Assembly: GCA_002712165.1 (NCBI GenBank)
Contig: PASS01000080.1
Location: 27,022-91,021 of the forward strand
Direction: 5' to 3'
From: Fidelibacterota bacterium
GTDB lineage: Bacteria; Pseudomonadota; Alphaproteobacteria; Rhodospirillales; Rhodospirillaceae
DNA: 64,000 bases
This document shows, piece by piece, positions 1 through 9,489 of this stretch. The position numbers were made by a program, and so were the translations under genes. The number at the start of each line of letters is the position of its first letter. Position 1 is the stretch's first letter. The notes beneath the pieces are model-generated. The model saw nothing but the letters and a program-made list of their open reading frames with translations. It was not told the origin of the DNA and searched no databases.

Positions 1-4
1 GAGG

Positions 5-301
5 TTGCCTGAGCCTGAGGCACGGATACTAACAGGATCTACTGACGCGGAGCGACCTGGGTGTTGGATGATTCCCATTATCCATGAGAAGATACTTATG
101 TATCTCAATGAAGCGAATTTGACTCAGGCGGACCTTCGAGGGCAGGGCCGAGAGGATTTGAGAAAGAACCTGTTTGATGCAGTCATCCGTGCCTCGGACC
201 GCAGTCTCTATGTGGACCTCGATATCGTTGATGGCAACTCTGAACCTATAGAGATGTCCAATGATCCGCGCTCGACAGCGCTTACCAAGCAATGCAGATG
301 A
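5..301 (+). CDS. hypothetical protein, possibly 5'-truncated by the window edge
   Basis: Open frame from the window edge to TGA at 299-301, convergent with purD. The translation is acidic and protein-like, but no family was recognised. A competing antisense ORF at 29..292 cannot be excluded. Confidence 0.25.
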   Translation: MPEPEARILTGSTDAERPGCWMIPIIHEKILMYLNEANLTQADLRGQGREDLRKNLFDAVIRASDRSLYVDLDIVDGNSEPIEMSNDPRSTALTKQCR

Positions 302-311
302 TTAAAAAGGC

Positions 312-1607
312 TTACCTGGTGTTCTCGCGCTCTATAGCACGCCAGCCTATATCTCTCCGACAGAATCCTCCGGGCCAACTAATAGCATCGACTGCCCGAT
401 AGGCTTGCTTTTGGGCTTCGGTGACAGTCTTGCCTGTGGCTGTGATGCCTAGAACTCGTCCCCCATTTGCTAATATAGTAATTTTTCCATCTCGGTCTTC
501 GGTTTTTGTACCAGCATGAAAGACCGTTACGTTTTCGACTTTGGCTGCGTCGATCAACCCTTCAATCATCGTCCCCTTTTTCGGATTACTGGGATAGCCG
601 TCTGCGGCCATTACTATGGTGATTGCAGCGTCATCGTACCAGCGCAGATCAAAATTATTGAGTTGACTATCTGTGGCAGCAATAAGGGCTGGCAATAAAT
701 CAGACTTGAGCCGGGCCAACAGTACCTGACATTCTGGATCGCCGAATCGAACATTGAACTCAAGAATCTTTGGGTTACCTTTATTGATCATTAATCCTGC
801 AAATAGAACACCTGTGAATGGATAACCTTCCAATGCCATACCGCTTACTGTGGGTAAGATAATTTCATTCATGATGCGTTCTTGCATTTTCGCATCTATT
901 ATTGGCGCTGGTGAATAAGCCCCCATGCCACCAGTATTAGGGCCAGTGTCGCCCTCACCGACCGCTTTGTGGTCTTGGGCTGTAGCTAGGGGTATGGCGC
1001 ATTCGCCATCAACGATAGCAAAGAAGCTTGCTTCTTCGCCCTCTAGAAATTCTTCTATAACAATTTCATTTCCAGCATCACCAAAAGCTTTCTCAGCCAT
1101 CATGGTATCTACAGCCGTATGGGCGTCCTCTACGCTAGTACACAAGATAACACCCTTACCACCGGCAAGTCCGTCGGCTTTGACGACAATAGGAGCGCCT
1201 TTATCACTAATAAAAGCCTTAGCAGTCATGGGGTCCTTAAAGCGGCGGTACCATGCAGTGGGAATATTATGACGCTGTAATAGGTCTTTCATAAATCCTT
1301 TAGAACCCTCCAATTGGGCAGCTTTAGCACTTGGCCCAAATGATTTAATGCCTGCATTTTTTAGTTTGTCGACTAGGCCTGCGACTAGTGGTGCTTCTGG
1401 ACCGACTACGACGAAGTCAATTTTTTCATCCTTCGAAAATTTTATAAGGCCATCGATATCATCAGCACTAATAGGCACGCATATGGCGGCATCGGCAATT
1501 CCGGCGTTGCCTGGTGCGCAGTAAAGGGCCTTACACAATGGGGACGCACCCAAGGACCAGCATAATGCATGTTCGCGGCCTCCACTGCCTACAACCAGTA
1601 CTCGCAT
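312..1607 (-). CDS. purD: phosphoribosylamine--glycine ligase (GAR synthetase)
   Basis: 431 aa. N-terminal MRVLVVGSGGREHAL signature, ATP-grasp core, and C-terminal GGRVLGITA...RRDIG typical of PurD. Confidence 0.95.
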   Translation of the reverse strand: MRVLVVGSGGREHALCWSLGASPLCKALYCAPGNAGIADAAICVPISADDIDGLIKFSKDEKIDFVVVGPEAPLVAGLVDKLKNAGIKSFGPSAKAAQLEGSKGFMKDLLQRHNIPTAWYRRFKDPMTAKAFISDKGAPIVVKADGLAGGKGVILCTSVEDAHTAVDTMMAEKAFGDAGNEIVIEEFLEGEEASFFAIVDGECAIPLATAQDHKAVGEGDTGPNTGGMGAYSPAPIIDAKMQERIMNEIILPTVSGMALEGYPFTGVLFAGLMINKGNPKILEFNVRFGDPECQVLLARLKSDLLPALIAATDSQLNNFDLRWYDDAAITIVMAADGYPSNPKKGTMIEGLIDAAKVENVTVFHAGTKTEDRDGKITILANGGRVLGITATGKTVTEAQKQAYRAVDAISWPGGFCRRDIGWRAIERENTR

Positions 1608-1674
1608 CTCTTAATCCTCTCGTTTTTATCTCGTAACCTTGTCCGTAGAAGTACTGCTGTGGCATAACAGAGCT

Positions 1675-3114
1675 ATGAGCGAGATGCCATCCCCGAGCGC
1701 AGCCCCGGCTGAAGCTTCCAATACGCCATCGTTTACTGTTTCTGAGCTCTCGTCGGTTCTAAAGCGAACGGTGGAAGATGCGTTTGGATTCGTGCGCATC
1801 AAAGGCGAAATTTCCCAGCCTAAGGTGGCGGCATCAGGCCACTGCTATCTCAGGCTTAAAGATGAAGATGCGGTTTTGGACGCTATAATTTGGCGCGGCA
1901 CAATGAGAAAGTTGTCCATCAAGCCTAATGATGGAATGGAGGTGATAGCTTCTGGCCGCCTTACCACCTATTCCGGGCGCTCTAGCTATCAAATTATAAT
2001 CGAATCCATGGAGTTGGCGGGCGAAGGTGCTCTTTTAAAGTTGCTAGAAGAGCGGCGGAAGAAACTTGCTGCCGAGGGGCTGTTTGATGAGGCCCGTCGC
2101 AAAATTCTTCCACTATTACCGGATGTGATCGGGGTTGTGACCTCGCCTACTGGTGCAGTCATTCGCGATATTTTGCACCGTATCGCCGATCGTTTTCCAC
2201 GCAGGGTTATCGTTTGGCCGGTTCGAGTTCAGGGGGAAGGTGCAGCTGAGGAAATCGCAGCTGCGATAGCAGGTTTCAATGCTTTAAAGTATGGCAGTGC
2301 TATTCCTCGGCCTGATGTAATTATTGTCGCGCGAGGTGGTGGAAGTCTTGAGGATTTATGGGCATTTAACGAAGAAGTAGTTGTGCGCGCAACTTCAGTG
2401 TCGGACATACCACTTATTGCTGCTGTTGGTCATGAGACTGACTGGACCTTAATTGACCACGCTGCCGATCGAAGGGCGCCGACACCAACGGCAGCGGCCG
2501 AAATGGTGGTGCCGGTCCGGCTTGATCTGCTTGCCGACTTGCAGCAAGTAAATAGTCGCCTTACCCAGGTGATGACCCGGCAGCTGGAAGAAAACCGTAT
2601 TCATTTAAACGGTCTTGTGCGGGGCATTCCTCGTCTCGATATGATTGTGGCACAAAAGACACAAGACCTTGATGTGCTGAGCGAACGTCTTTCTCTTGGT
2701 CCCCGTGCCTTATTACAGGCCAAAACATCGGACTTGGCGGTTCTAGCTGCGCGACTAAATCTAGATAGATTTAGTCGCGACATTGGTCGCGAATCGGCCG
2801 AGGTGAATGCTCTAGCATCGCGCCTTATTCAAGCTGGTCGCCGTTCTGTTGTCGATAACCGGTCTCAGTTTGAGTCTATTATAGCACGCCTTGAGTCTGT
2901 ATCCCCTAAGCGTGTTCTTGAACGCGGTTACGTTATGGTCATGAACCCCGATGGGTATGTGGTTTCTAACGCCCTCGGTGCAACGCCCGGAACAAAGTGG
3001 AACTTGGAGTTCAAAGACGGCAAGGTCAGTGTACATGTTGGAGGTGCTGAGCCCAAAAGCAAGCGCTTTGTGAGGAAAGCCGGTGGTGATTCTGGTCAAG
3101 GGCGACTGCTGTGA
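1675..3114 (+). CDS. xseA: exodeoxyribonuclease VII large subunit
   Basis: OB-fold N-terminus (FTVSELS...VRIKGEISQPKVAASGHCYLRLKD), catalytic core GVVTSPTGAVIRDI, and a long coiled-coil C-terminus. The track ORF starts at TTG 1639; the ATG at 1675 is preferred. Confidence 0.9.
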   Translation: MSEMPSPSAAPAEASNTPSFTVSELSSVLKRTVEDAFGFVRIKGEISQPKVAASGHCYLRLKDEDAVLDAIIWRGTMRKLSIKPNDGMEVIASGRLTTYSGRSSYQIIIESMELAGEGALLKLLEERRKKLAAEGLFDEARRKILPLLPDVIGVVTSPTGAVIRDILHRIADRFPRRVIVWPVRVQGEGAAEEIAAAIAGFNALKYGSAIPRPDVIIVARGGGSLEDLWAFNEEVVVRATSVSDIPLIAAVGHETDWTLIDHAADRRAPTPTAAAEMVVPVRLDLLADLQQVNSRLTQVMTRQLEENRIHLNGLVRGIPRLDMIVAQKTQDLDVLSERLSLGPRALLQAKTSDLAVLAARLNLDRFSRDIGRESAEVNALASRLIQAGRRSVVDNRSQFESIIARLESVSPKRVLERGYVMVMNPDGYVVSNALGATPGTKWNLEFKDGKVSVHVGGAEPKSKRFVRKAGGDSGQGRLL

Positions 3115-3929
3115 TGTGGCGTGTCCTCTTTTTTATTGCATTACTATCAACTCCATTACAGGCAGCTGAAATAACATTCTTGGGTCGTATGGAGCAGGGT
3201 GGCCTTGTCGTCGGGAAAGCGCCTATTGGAGCAGTAATCACTTTTGATGGGCGTAAATTGCCGACAATGGGCGATGGTCGCTTTTTGCTCGGACTCGGTC
3301 GTAATGCTCCGCGCTATGTCGAACTTATTTTAGAAACTTCGATGGATGGGCGTGAAGTTATAACCCTCAATATAGAGGCCCGCGATTGGAGGTTGGAACG
3401 GGTGAACGGAGTTCCACAAACACTGGTGACACCTGACCCCCAAACTGTTTCTAAAATAATAGCTGATAGCCGGCTTATGGCTAAGGCTCGGGCGAAGGTT
3501 GAACTGACACCCTTTTTTGAAACTGGATTTATCCTTCCGGCAGAGGGGCGGGTGTCTGGTATATATGGCAGTCAGCGTATTCTTAATGGTTCGCCGCGCG
3601 CGCCACATTCAGGACTTGATATTGCTGCGCCGCAAGGCACGCCGATCCTTGCCTCGGCAGATGGGGTGGTTTCACTTGCTGATCCGGATATGACCCTGAC
3701 TGGTCAGACCGTATTGATCAATCATGGCTATGGATTGCAGTCTGTCTATATCCATATGAGCGCATTATATGTAAAGAGTGGACAGCACGTCAGGCAAGGT
3801 GATGTGATCGGTGCAATTGGTATGACAGGGCGTGCAACGGGCCCGCATTTACATTTCGGCGTGACTTGGTTTGATACGCGCTTAGATCCCGAAACGGTCT
3901 TTGAGGTTCTGCCGGCAGCGAATGACTAA
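3111..3929 (+). CDS. M23 (LytM-type) metallopeptidase, secreted
   Basis: Signal peptide MMWRVLFFIALLSTPLQAAE. M23 motifs HSGLDIAAPQGTP and GMTGRATGPHLHFGV. The start overlaps the xseA stop (GTGATG). Confidence 0.85.
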   Translation: MMWRVLFFIALLSTPLQAAEITFLGRMEQGGLVVGKAPIGAVITFDGRKLPTMGDGRFLLGLGRNAPRYVELILETSMDGREVITLNIEARDWRLERVNGVPQTLVTPDPQTVSKIIADSRLMAKARAKVELTPFFETGFILPAEGRVSGIYGSQRILNGSPRAPHSGLDIAAPQGTPILASADGVVSLADPDMTLTGQTVLINHGYGLQSVYIHMSALYVKSGQHVRQGDVIGAIGMTGRATGPHLHFGVTWFDTRLDPETVFEVLPAAND

Positions 3930-3930
3930 G

Positions 3931-4914
3931 CTAGGCCGGTTTTTCAATTATTGAGTCTAGTAATCGATCCAACTTTGTTTTGTCTTCCCACTCTACCCCT
4001 ACTGTCAATATGTTTACCTGCTGACGTTGATCTAGCGAGAGGCGAATAGCGTCTTTTTCTGTTGTGACAGGCAGGGCATCAACAGCGAAGGCTTCGTCAA
4101 GAATCGACTGTATATCAGCATCCACATATCCGTAGTGATCGCTGAAAGGATGAAAAGCGACAACATGAGCGCCAGCTGCGTTTAAGGTATTAAGAAATTT
4201 TTCAGGATCACCGATACCGGCAAACCCGATAACCTTGCGACCTTGAAGGTGGCGCCATTCTGGTCCAGGAGCTAGGCGCGCGCGGAGAACCTGGATATGT
4301 TTTGCTAACCCTTCTTCTATGCGGTGTGGGTCAGGGCCCATCAAGATGGCAACTTGTGCGCGTGCGAGACCGCTCTCGGCTGGTTCTCGCAGAGGGCCGG
4401 CTGGGGTGATACGGCCGTTACCAAATCCTGCATAACCATCGATGACTAGAAACGTGAGGTCTTTCGCTAAGGTATTGTGCTGGTGACCGTCATCCATGAT
4501 TAGAGTGTCTGCACCACTCTTAATAGCACTCAGGGCACTCAGGGCCCTATTACGGGCGACCCAAACAGGAGCTGTAGCAGTGTGCAAAAGGGCTTCGTCG
4601 CCAACATCGTTAATGGTGTGTATAGAGGCTTCAACCCTCGTGGGCCCCTTTAATCGACCTCCGTAGCCACGCATGAGTATGGCTGGATTTTTACCGCGGT
4701 TGCTCAGGTTTGCTGCAATGGAAGCAGCTATTGGCGTTTTACCGGTGCCGCCGACCGATAGATTGCCTACGCATATAACTGGCACATCTACGCGCAACGG
4801 CTTAGCCTTATTCATGCGCCGGGTTGTGATCACGCCAACAATATGTCCGAATGGTTCAAGAAACCGGGATAGCGCATTATCTGTGCGCCAGAATTTAGGC
4901 GCGCGCATCAACAT
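3931..4914 (-). CDS. lpxK: tetraacyldisaccharide 4'-kinase
   Basis: 327 aa with the LpxK P-loop VGNLSVGGTGKTP and a length typical of the family. Confidence 0.9.
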   Translation of the reverse strand: MLMRAPKFWRTDNALSRFLEPFGHIVGVITTRRMNKAKPLRVDVPVICVGNLSVGGTGKTPIAASIAANLSNRGKNPAILMRGYGGRLKGPTRVEASIHTINDVGDEALLHTATAPVWVARNRALSALSAIKSGADTLIMDDGHQHNTLAKDLTFLVIDGYAGFGNGRITPAGPLREPAESGLARAQVAILMGPDPHRIEEGLAKHIQVLRARLAPGPEWRHLQGRKVIGFAGIGDPEKFLNTLNAAGAHVVAFHPFSDHYGYVDADIQSILDEAFAVDALPVTTEKDAIRLSLDQRQQVNILTVGVEWEDKTKLDRLLDSIIEKPA

Positions 4915-5632
4915 TCTTCTGATTTGAATCGGGCTTGATTGCGGGATTCATAGCGGAATGTCCGACAAGCCGGTCAGCCTCTGCGCTGATATTGTTCAGC
5001 ATTAGTTCTAGTTGTTCTCTTAGGGGAATAATCTTTTCCTCTTTGGCCTCACGCGGCACATTGATGGCATTACCCCAAACAATAGCACCGCGGCCGAAAG
5101 GTAACGGAGCGATAAGTTGATCCCATGTATTTAATACTTTACGTCGGCTAACGGAAACAGACACTGGTAATATGGGTGCGCCTGAAAGGCGCGCTAGAGT
5201 TATTACTCCATTACCAGCCCTCATGCGTGGCCCGCGCGGGCCATCTGGTGTGATACCGACGCTTTCCCCAGACTGTAGCCGCTGGACTAGTGCACGTAAG
5301 GCATCATTTCCCCCACGGGTTGAAGAACCTTCTATAGTTCCGATGCCGAAATTAGCAATCGCTTGGGCAACGAGCTGACCATCTGGATGGCTGGATATAA
5401 GCATGTGGAAAGCCTCTCGTGATGGCCAGCAGACTGGCATCATAGCAAGCCGATTATGCCAGAAAGCGATGATGGCTGGGGCCTGGCCCTTCCAGGCGGA
5501 TTCCGCAGCTTTAGAATTAATCATTTGCCAGCGGGTGGTCGCTTTGATTGTTAGAATGGACCCAGTAATAGCGGCGGATGCGGCACGCCGTACTAACGGG
5601 TTGCGGCCCAATTTCTTAATAGTAATGCCCAA
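4895..5632 (-). CDS. DUF374-type lysophospholipid acyltransferase family protein
   Basis: FWHNRL...SSHPDGQLVAQAIANFGIGTIEGSSTRGG...ITPDGPRGP matches the DUF374 family that usually sits next to Kdo-transferase/lpxK genes. Overlaps lpxK by 20 nt. Confidence 0.8.
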   Translation of the reverse strand: MGITIKKLGRNPLVRRAASAAITGSILTIKATTRWQMINSKAAESAWKGQAPAIIAFWHNRLAMMPVCWPSREAFHMLISSHPDGQLVAQAIANFGIGTIEGSSTRGGNDALRALVQRLQSGESVGITPDGPRGPRMRAGNGVITLARLSGAPILPVSVSVSRRKVLNTWDQLIAPLPFGRGAIVWGNAINVPREAKEEKIIPLREQLELMLNNISAEADRLVGHSAMNPAIKPDSNQKNVDARA

Positions 5633-5975
5633 AGCGTCTATTTCCCGATATTGCGGTGTGGAGTGGCTGAAATGTTAATATTTATACAACACCACTTTAA
5701 CACTAGGTAACATCGTCGCTCTTTGAGACAATAGAAGAGAATGATGGTGGTGAGAACTAATGTTTGCACTGCACTCGCTAGCTATATCTGATGTGACGTT
5801 AGGCATTACCGGCCATCAAAACCAAGTAGACAGCGGTATTTTCGAGATCCTGCCAGTTCAAATTTTGCTCGATTTGGAGCCTTCCAGGTGTACGGTCTTT
5901 TCGTAACCGCTCGATATAGTATGCTGGCTTCAGACTCAGAAATATGTGCGCCGCACTCAAAAAAAAGGAATAGCT

Positions 5976-6233
5976 ATGAAGAACGTGATTGAGGACCTTT
6001 ACGGAAAGTCTGAGAAATTCAACGAGAAATTTAAAGATACCGAGTTAGACGAATACCTTCTCAGCCTTGTTCAGAAATTCCAAGATGCGGACGCCATGTA
6101 CCATCACTTTAGTTATCTTCTTATGCATGTGCGTGCGACGGTGGCACATCAAGTGCGTCCCGCCCATTTACAAGAAGCCATTGAGCGCGCTCAAAGTTTT
6201 CTGCAACGATATGGTGAACAGTATAAGGAATAG
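5976..6233 (+). CDS. small hypothetical helical protein (85 aa)
   Basis: ATG at 5976 preceded by AAAGGAA. No family recognised. Convergent with pmbA, 9 nt apart. Confidence 0.35.
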   Translation: MKNVIEDLYGKSEKFNEKFKDTELDEYLLSLVQKFQDADAMYHHFSYLLMHVRATVAHQVRPAHLQEAIERAQSFLQRYGEQYKE

Positions 6234-6242
6234 AGGAGACAG

Positions 6243-7586
6243 CTAAGTCCCTGCCATGCTCATACCCTCTATGCGCAATGTTGGCGAATCGATACCATAA
6301 CGTATCTTAAGGTCATTAGCTGCTGTCATACCCTTAAACATATCCTTCAAATTGCCAGCGACGGTCACTTCGTGAACAGGATAGGCAATCTCGCCATCCT
6401 CTATCCAGTAACCAACTGCACCGCGGCTATAGTCGCCGGTAATCATATTCACGCCCTGCCCTACCAAATCGGTCACATACAGCCCCTTTTTAATATCTGC
6501 CATGAGTGCTGCGGGTGTTATCATGCCGGACTCAAGAACAACGTTTGTGGCGCTTGGGCTTGGTGGCGATCCAGTGCCACGGCTAGCATGTCCGGTCGGC
6601 TCTAAATTGAGTTGTCGTGCGGCGCGTAAATCCATAAGCCATGTCGTTAGCACACCTTTGTCTGCCAGATTACGTTTACTATTTTCAAGCCCTTCCGCAT
6701 CGCAGGGCTTGGAGCGTAAGCCACGGTTCTGGTGTGGGTCCTCGGTAATTGTGATTGCCGAACTGAAAATTTCTTTGCCCATTAAGTCTTTCAAAAATGT
6801 TGTTCCGCGTGCGACGGCAGTACCATTAATGGCAGCGATAAAATGTCCCACAAGACTGCGAGCTACACGGGGGTCATAAATGATAGGGAGCTTTTGGCTA
6901 ATTACTTTGCGTCCGCCGAGTTTTTTGACCGCTTTTTCTCCAGCGCTACGGCCAACGTCTTCGGGGTGTCTCAGGTCGCTGAAGTAGACGGCGGCGGTAT
7001 AATCGTAATCAGTTTCCATGCCCTTATTAGAATCACCTGCCAGGACAGAGGCGCTGAGGGATGAGCCTGAAGACTCGTAGGCGCGGGCAAAGCCGTTTGA
7101 ACTCGCCACAGCAACGTTGTGACGGCCCCAGCTGGCGGATGCACCTTCTGAGTTTGTGACCCCTGAGACCGCTCGTGCAGCGGCCTCGCACGCCTCTGCA
7201 TGGCTGATCAAAGTTTCCACGGGAATGTTTGCAGGATCACAGATATCTATAACTGGCAATGTTTTGGCTAATTGGCTCGGATCTGCGATGCCGCAAAACG
7301 GGTCTTCAGGCACTGTCTCAGCCATAGAGACGGCCCGTTCCACAAGCTCTTTGAGTGCGGCTGATTTGCGATCGGCTGAAGAGACTATAGCTTGTCTGTT
7401 GCCCTTGAAGACTCGCAGGCCGATGTCCCCGCCTTCGGATCTTTCGAGGTGTTCCAATTTACCCAGGCGATAGGTAACAGAAACAGAAGTTCCGTCGACA
7501 ATAATAGCGTCGGCTGAGTCGGCCCCAGCAGACTTCGCATCTTTGATTAGGTCTGTGAGAAGGTTGAGCAGGTTGGATGAGTCCAT
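6243..7586 (-). CDS. pmbA: TldD/PmbA-family metalloprotease, PmbA-type
   Basis: TldD/PmbA fold without the HExxxH of TldD, with a glycine-rich C-terminal half. The start is trimmed to ATG 7586 because the longer track ORF would overlap the ubiD 3' end. Confidence 0.85.
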   Translation of the reverse strand: MDSSNLLNLLTDLIKDAKSAGADSADAIIVDGTSVSVTYRLGKLEHLERSEGGDIGLRVFKGNRQAIVSSADRKSAALKELVERAVSMAETVPEDPFCGIADPSQLAKTLPVIDICDPANIPVETLISHAEACEAAARAVSGVTNSEGASASWGRHNVAVASSNGFARAYESSGSSLSASVLAGDSNKGMETDYDYTAAVYFSDLRHPEDVGRSAGEKAVKKLGGRKVISQKLPIIYDPRVARSLVGHFIAAINGTAVARGTTFLKDLMGKEIFSSAITITEDPHQNRGLRSKPCDAEGLENSKRNLADKGVLTTWLMDLRAARQLNLEPTGHASRGTGSPPSPSATNVVLESGMITPAALMADIKKGLYVTDLVGQGVNMITGDYSRGAVGYWIEDGEIAYPVHEVTVAGNLKDMFKGMTAANDLKIRYGIDSPTLRIEGMSMAGT

Positions 7587-7593
7587 GGCGGTC

Positions 7594-9105
7594 TTAAACT
7601 TTCCAAATAGATTTACCGGTGCCCGGAAGACCATATTCAGTCCACTTTTTATCAACGAGCTTTATGATGTCGTCGGACATCCGAATTTGTGTACCCCAAT
7701 CGCGGGTTGTTTCGGGTGGAATTTTATTAGTGGCATCAAACCCAATTTTACCACCTAATCCTGGTTCCGATGAGGCAAAGTCCAGATAGTCTATGGGAGT
7801 GCGTTCTACGATGGTTATATCCCGCGCTGGATCCATTCGGGTAGAAACTGCCCACATGACATCTTTCCAGTCTCGGGCATCGATCTCCTCATCAACTACA
7901 ATGACGAATTTTGTGTAGACGAACTGGCGCAGGAAGCTCCAGACTCCCATCATTACTCTTTTTGCCTGGCCTGGGTAGGCCTTCTTTATGCTGACAACAG
8001 CGATACGGTAGCTACATCCCTCGGGTGGTAGCCAAAAATCTATAATTTCTGGAAATTGTTGAGTTAGTAGGGGGATGAAAACCTCGTTGAGAGCTTCACC
8101 TAGGATGGAGGGCTCATCGGGGGGGCGGCCAGTATATGTAGATAGATAAATTGGATCGCGCCGCATCGTTATCGCAGAGAGTCGAAAGGTCGGAAACTTT
8201 TCCACGGAATTATAATAGCCAGTATGATCGCCAAAAGGGCCTTCGTTGCCGTGTTCGTCAAGCAGTACGTGGCCTTCAAGAACAATCTCAGAATTTGCTG
8301 GAACTTTGAGCGGCACCGTTTTGCAGTCAACTAGATCAACTTTACGTCCTCGCAGCAAGCCAGCGAACTGATATTCTGATAAAGTGTCAGGCACGGGGGT
8401 TACTGCGGCTAAAATGGTACCTGGATCTGCACCGATGACGACTGCGGCGGGCAAAGACTTTGCTTTTTTGCTTTTCCAGCGATCGTAATGACCTGCACCG
8501 CCTCGGTGCTTGAGCCATCGCATGAGAGTAGTATTTCGCCCCGTAATCTGCATGCGGTAGATGCCGAGGTTATAAATATCTCTCTTATCGTCGCCTGGTC
8601 CCCTAGTTACTACAAGCGGCCAGGTTATGAGGGCGGAGGCATCTCCAGGCCAGCAGGTCTGGACAGGGAGTTGGTTGAGGTCAATATCATCGCCAGTGAG
8701 GATAATTTCTTGGCATGGCGCCTTAGAGGTTGTTCTGGGCGTCATTGCCATGACGGTTTTTAGTAGGGGCAGCATGTGCCAGGCCTCTTTCCAGCCGCCA
8801 GGTGGTTCTGGTTGCTTCAAAAAGGCTAAGGTTTCACCGATATCGCGTAGTTGGCTGGGGTCGCGGTCCATTCCCCAAGCCACCCTTTCAACTGTGCCGA
8901 AGAGATTGACTAAAACGGGCATAGGGTAAGGATTTCCATCTGGCTGAAGAACGTTCTCGAACAAGATGGCAGGGCCGCTCTCCTTCAAAACTCGACTCTG
9001 AATTTCAGTCATCTCCAGGTGAGGTGAGACTGGAGTCAAAACCCTCTTTAGACGGCCTTCTCGTTCCAGCAGGTTCATAAACTCGCGTAAAGATTGGTAT
9101 GGCAT
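7594..9105 (-). CDS. ubiD: 4-hydroxy-3-polyprenylbenzoate decarboxylase (UbiD family)
   Basis: 503 aa with N-terminus [22 protein letters not shown] and UbiD-like sequence along its whole length. Confidence 0.9.
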   Translation of the reverse strand: MPYQSLREFMNLLEREGRLKRVLTPVSPHLEMTEIQSRVLKESGPAILFENVLQPDGNPYPMPVLVNLFGTVERVAWGMDRDPSQLRDIGETLAFLKQPEPPGGWKEAWHMLPLLKTVMAMTPRTTSKAPCQEIILTGDDIDLNQLPVQTCWPGDASALITWPLVVTRGPGDDKRDIYNLGIYRMQITGRNTTLMRWLKHRGGAGHYDRWKSKKAKSLPAAVVIGADPGTILAAVTPVPDTLSEYQFAGLLRGRKVDLVDCKTVPLKVPANSEIVLEGHVLLDEHGNEGPFGDHTGYYNSVEKFPTFRLSAITMRRDPIYLSTYTGRPPDEPSILGEALNEVFIPLLTQQFPEIIDFWLPPEGCSYRIAVVSIKKAYPGQAKRVMMGVWSFLRQFVYTKFVIVVDEEIDARDWKDVMWAVSTRMDPARDITIVERTPIDYLDFASSEPGLGGKIGFDATNKIPPETTRDWGTQIRMSDDIIKLVDKKWTEYGLPGTGKSIWKV

Positions 9106-9489
9106 CTAAGCCGATCCGGATAAGACTCAAAGGAAAATTCACTGTGTGTCACAATGACTTAAGCGGCTGCATGAAGGCCGTCAAGCGATGATAGTGTTAT
9201 TCCATAGTTCTCAATCGAATATAGAAATTAACTGGATAGCTTGTCGCATTTTAGCTGTAACCTTAAAATAGATACTGTTAGTAAGGCTTTTACGTTTTAT
9301 CTGTAACCCTCTGAGGATAAATTATAAATGCCGCCAGAATATGACAGACAGGATTTCACCAGCGCCTGCGAGATGGTGGCAAACCAAACCCTAGGCAGAG
9401 ACCTTATTGGCTCAGGGTTTAAGCCAGTTGGAATTGCGGCCCTATAGATGCCTATAGAAGGCTAGGGCGGCTAGAATAGAGAGTGACGT

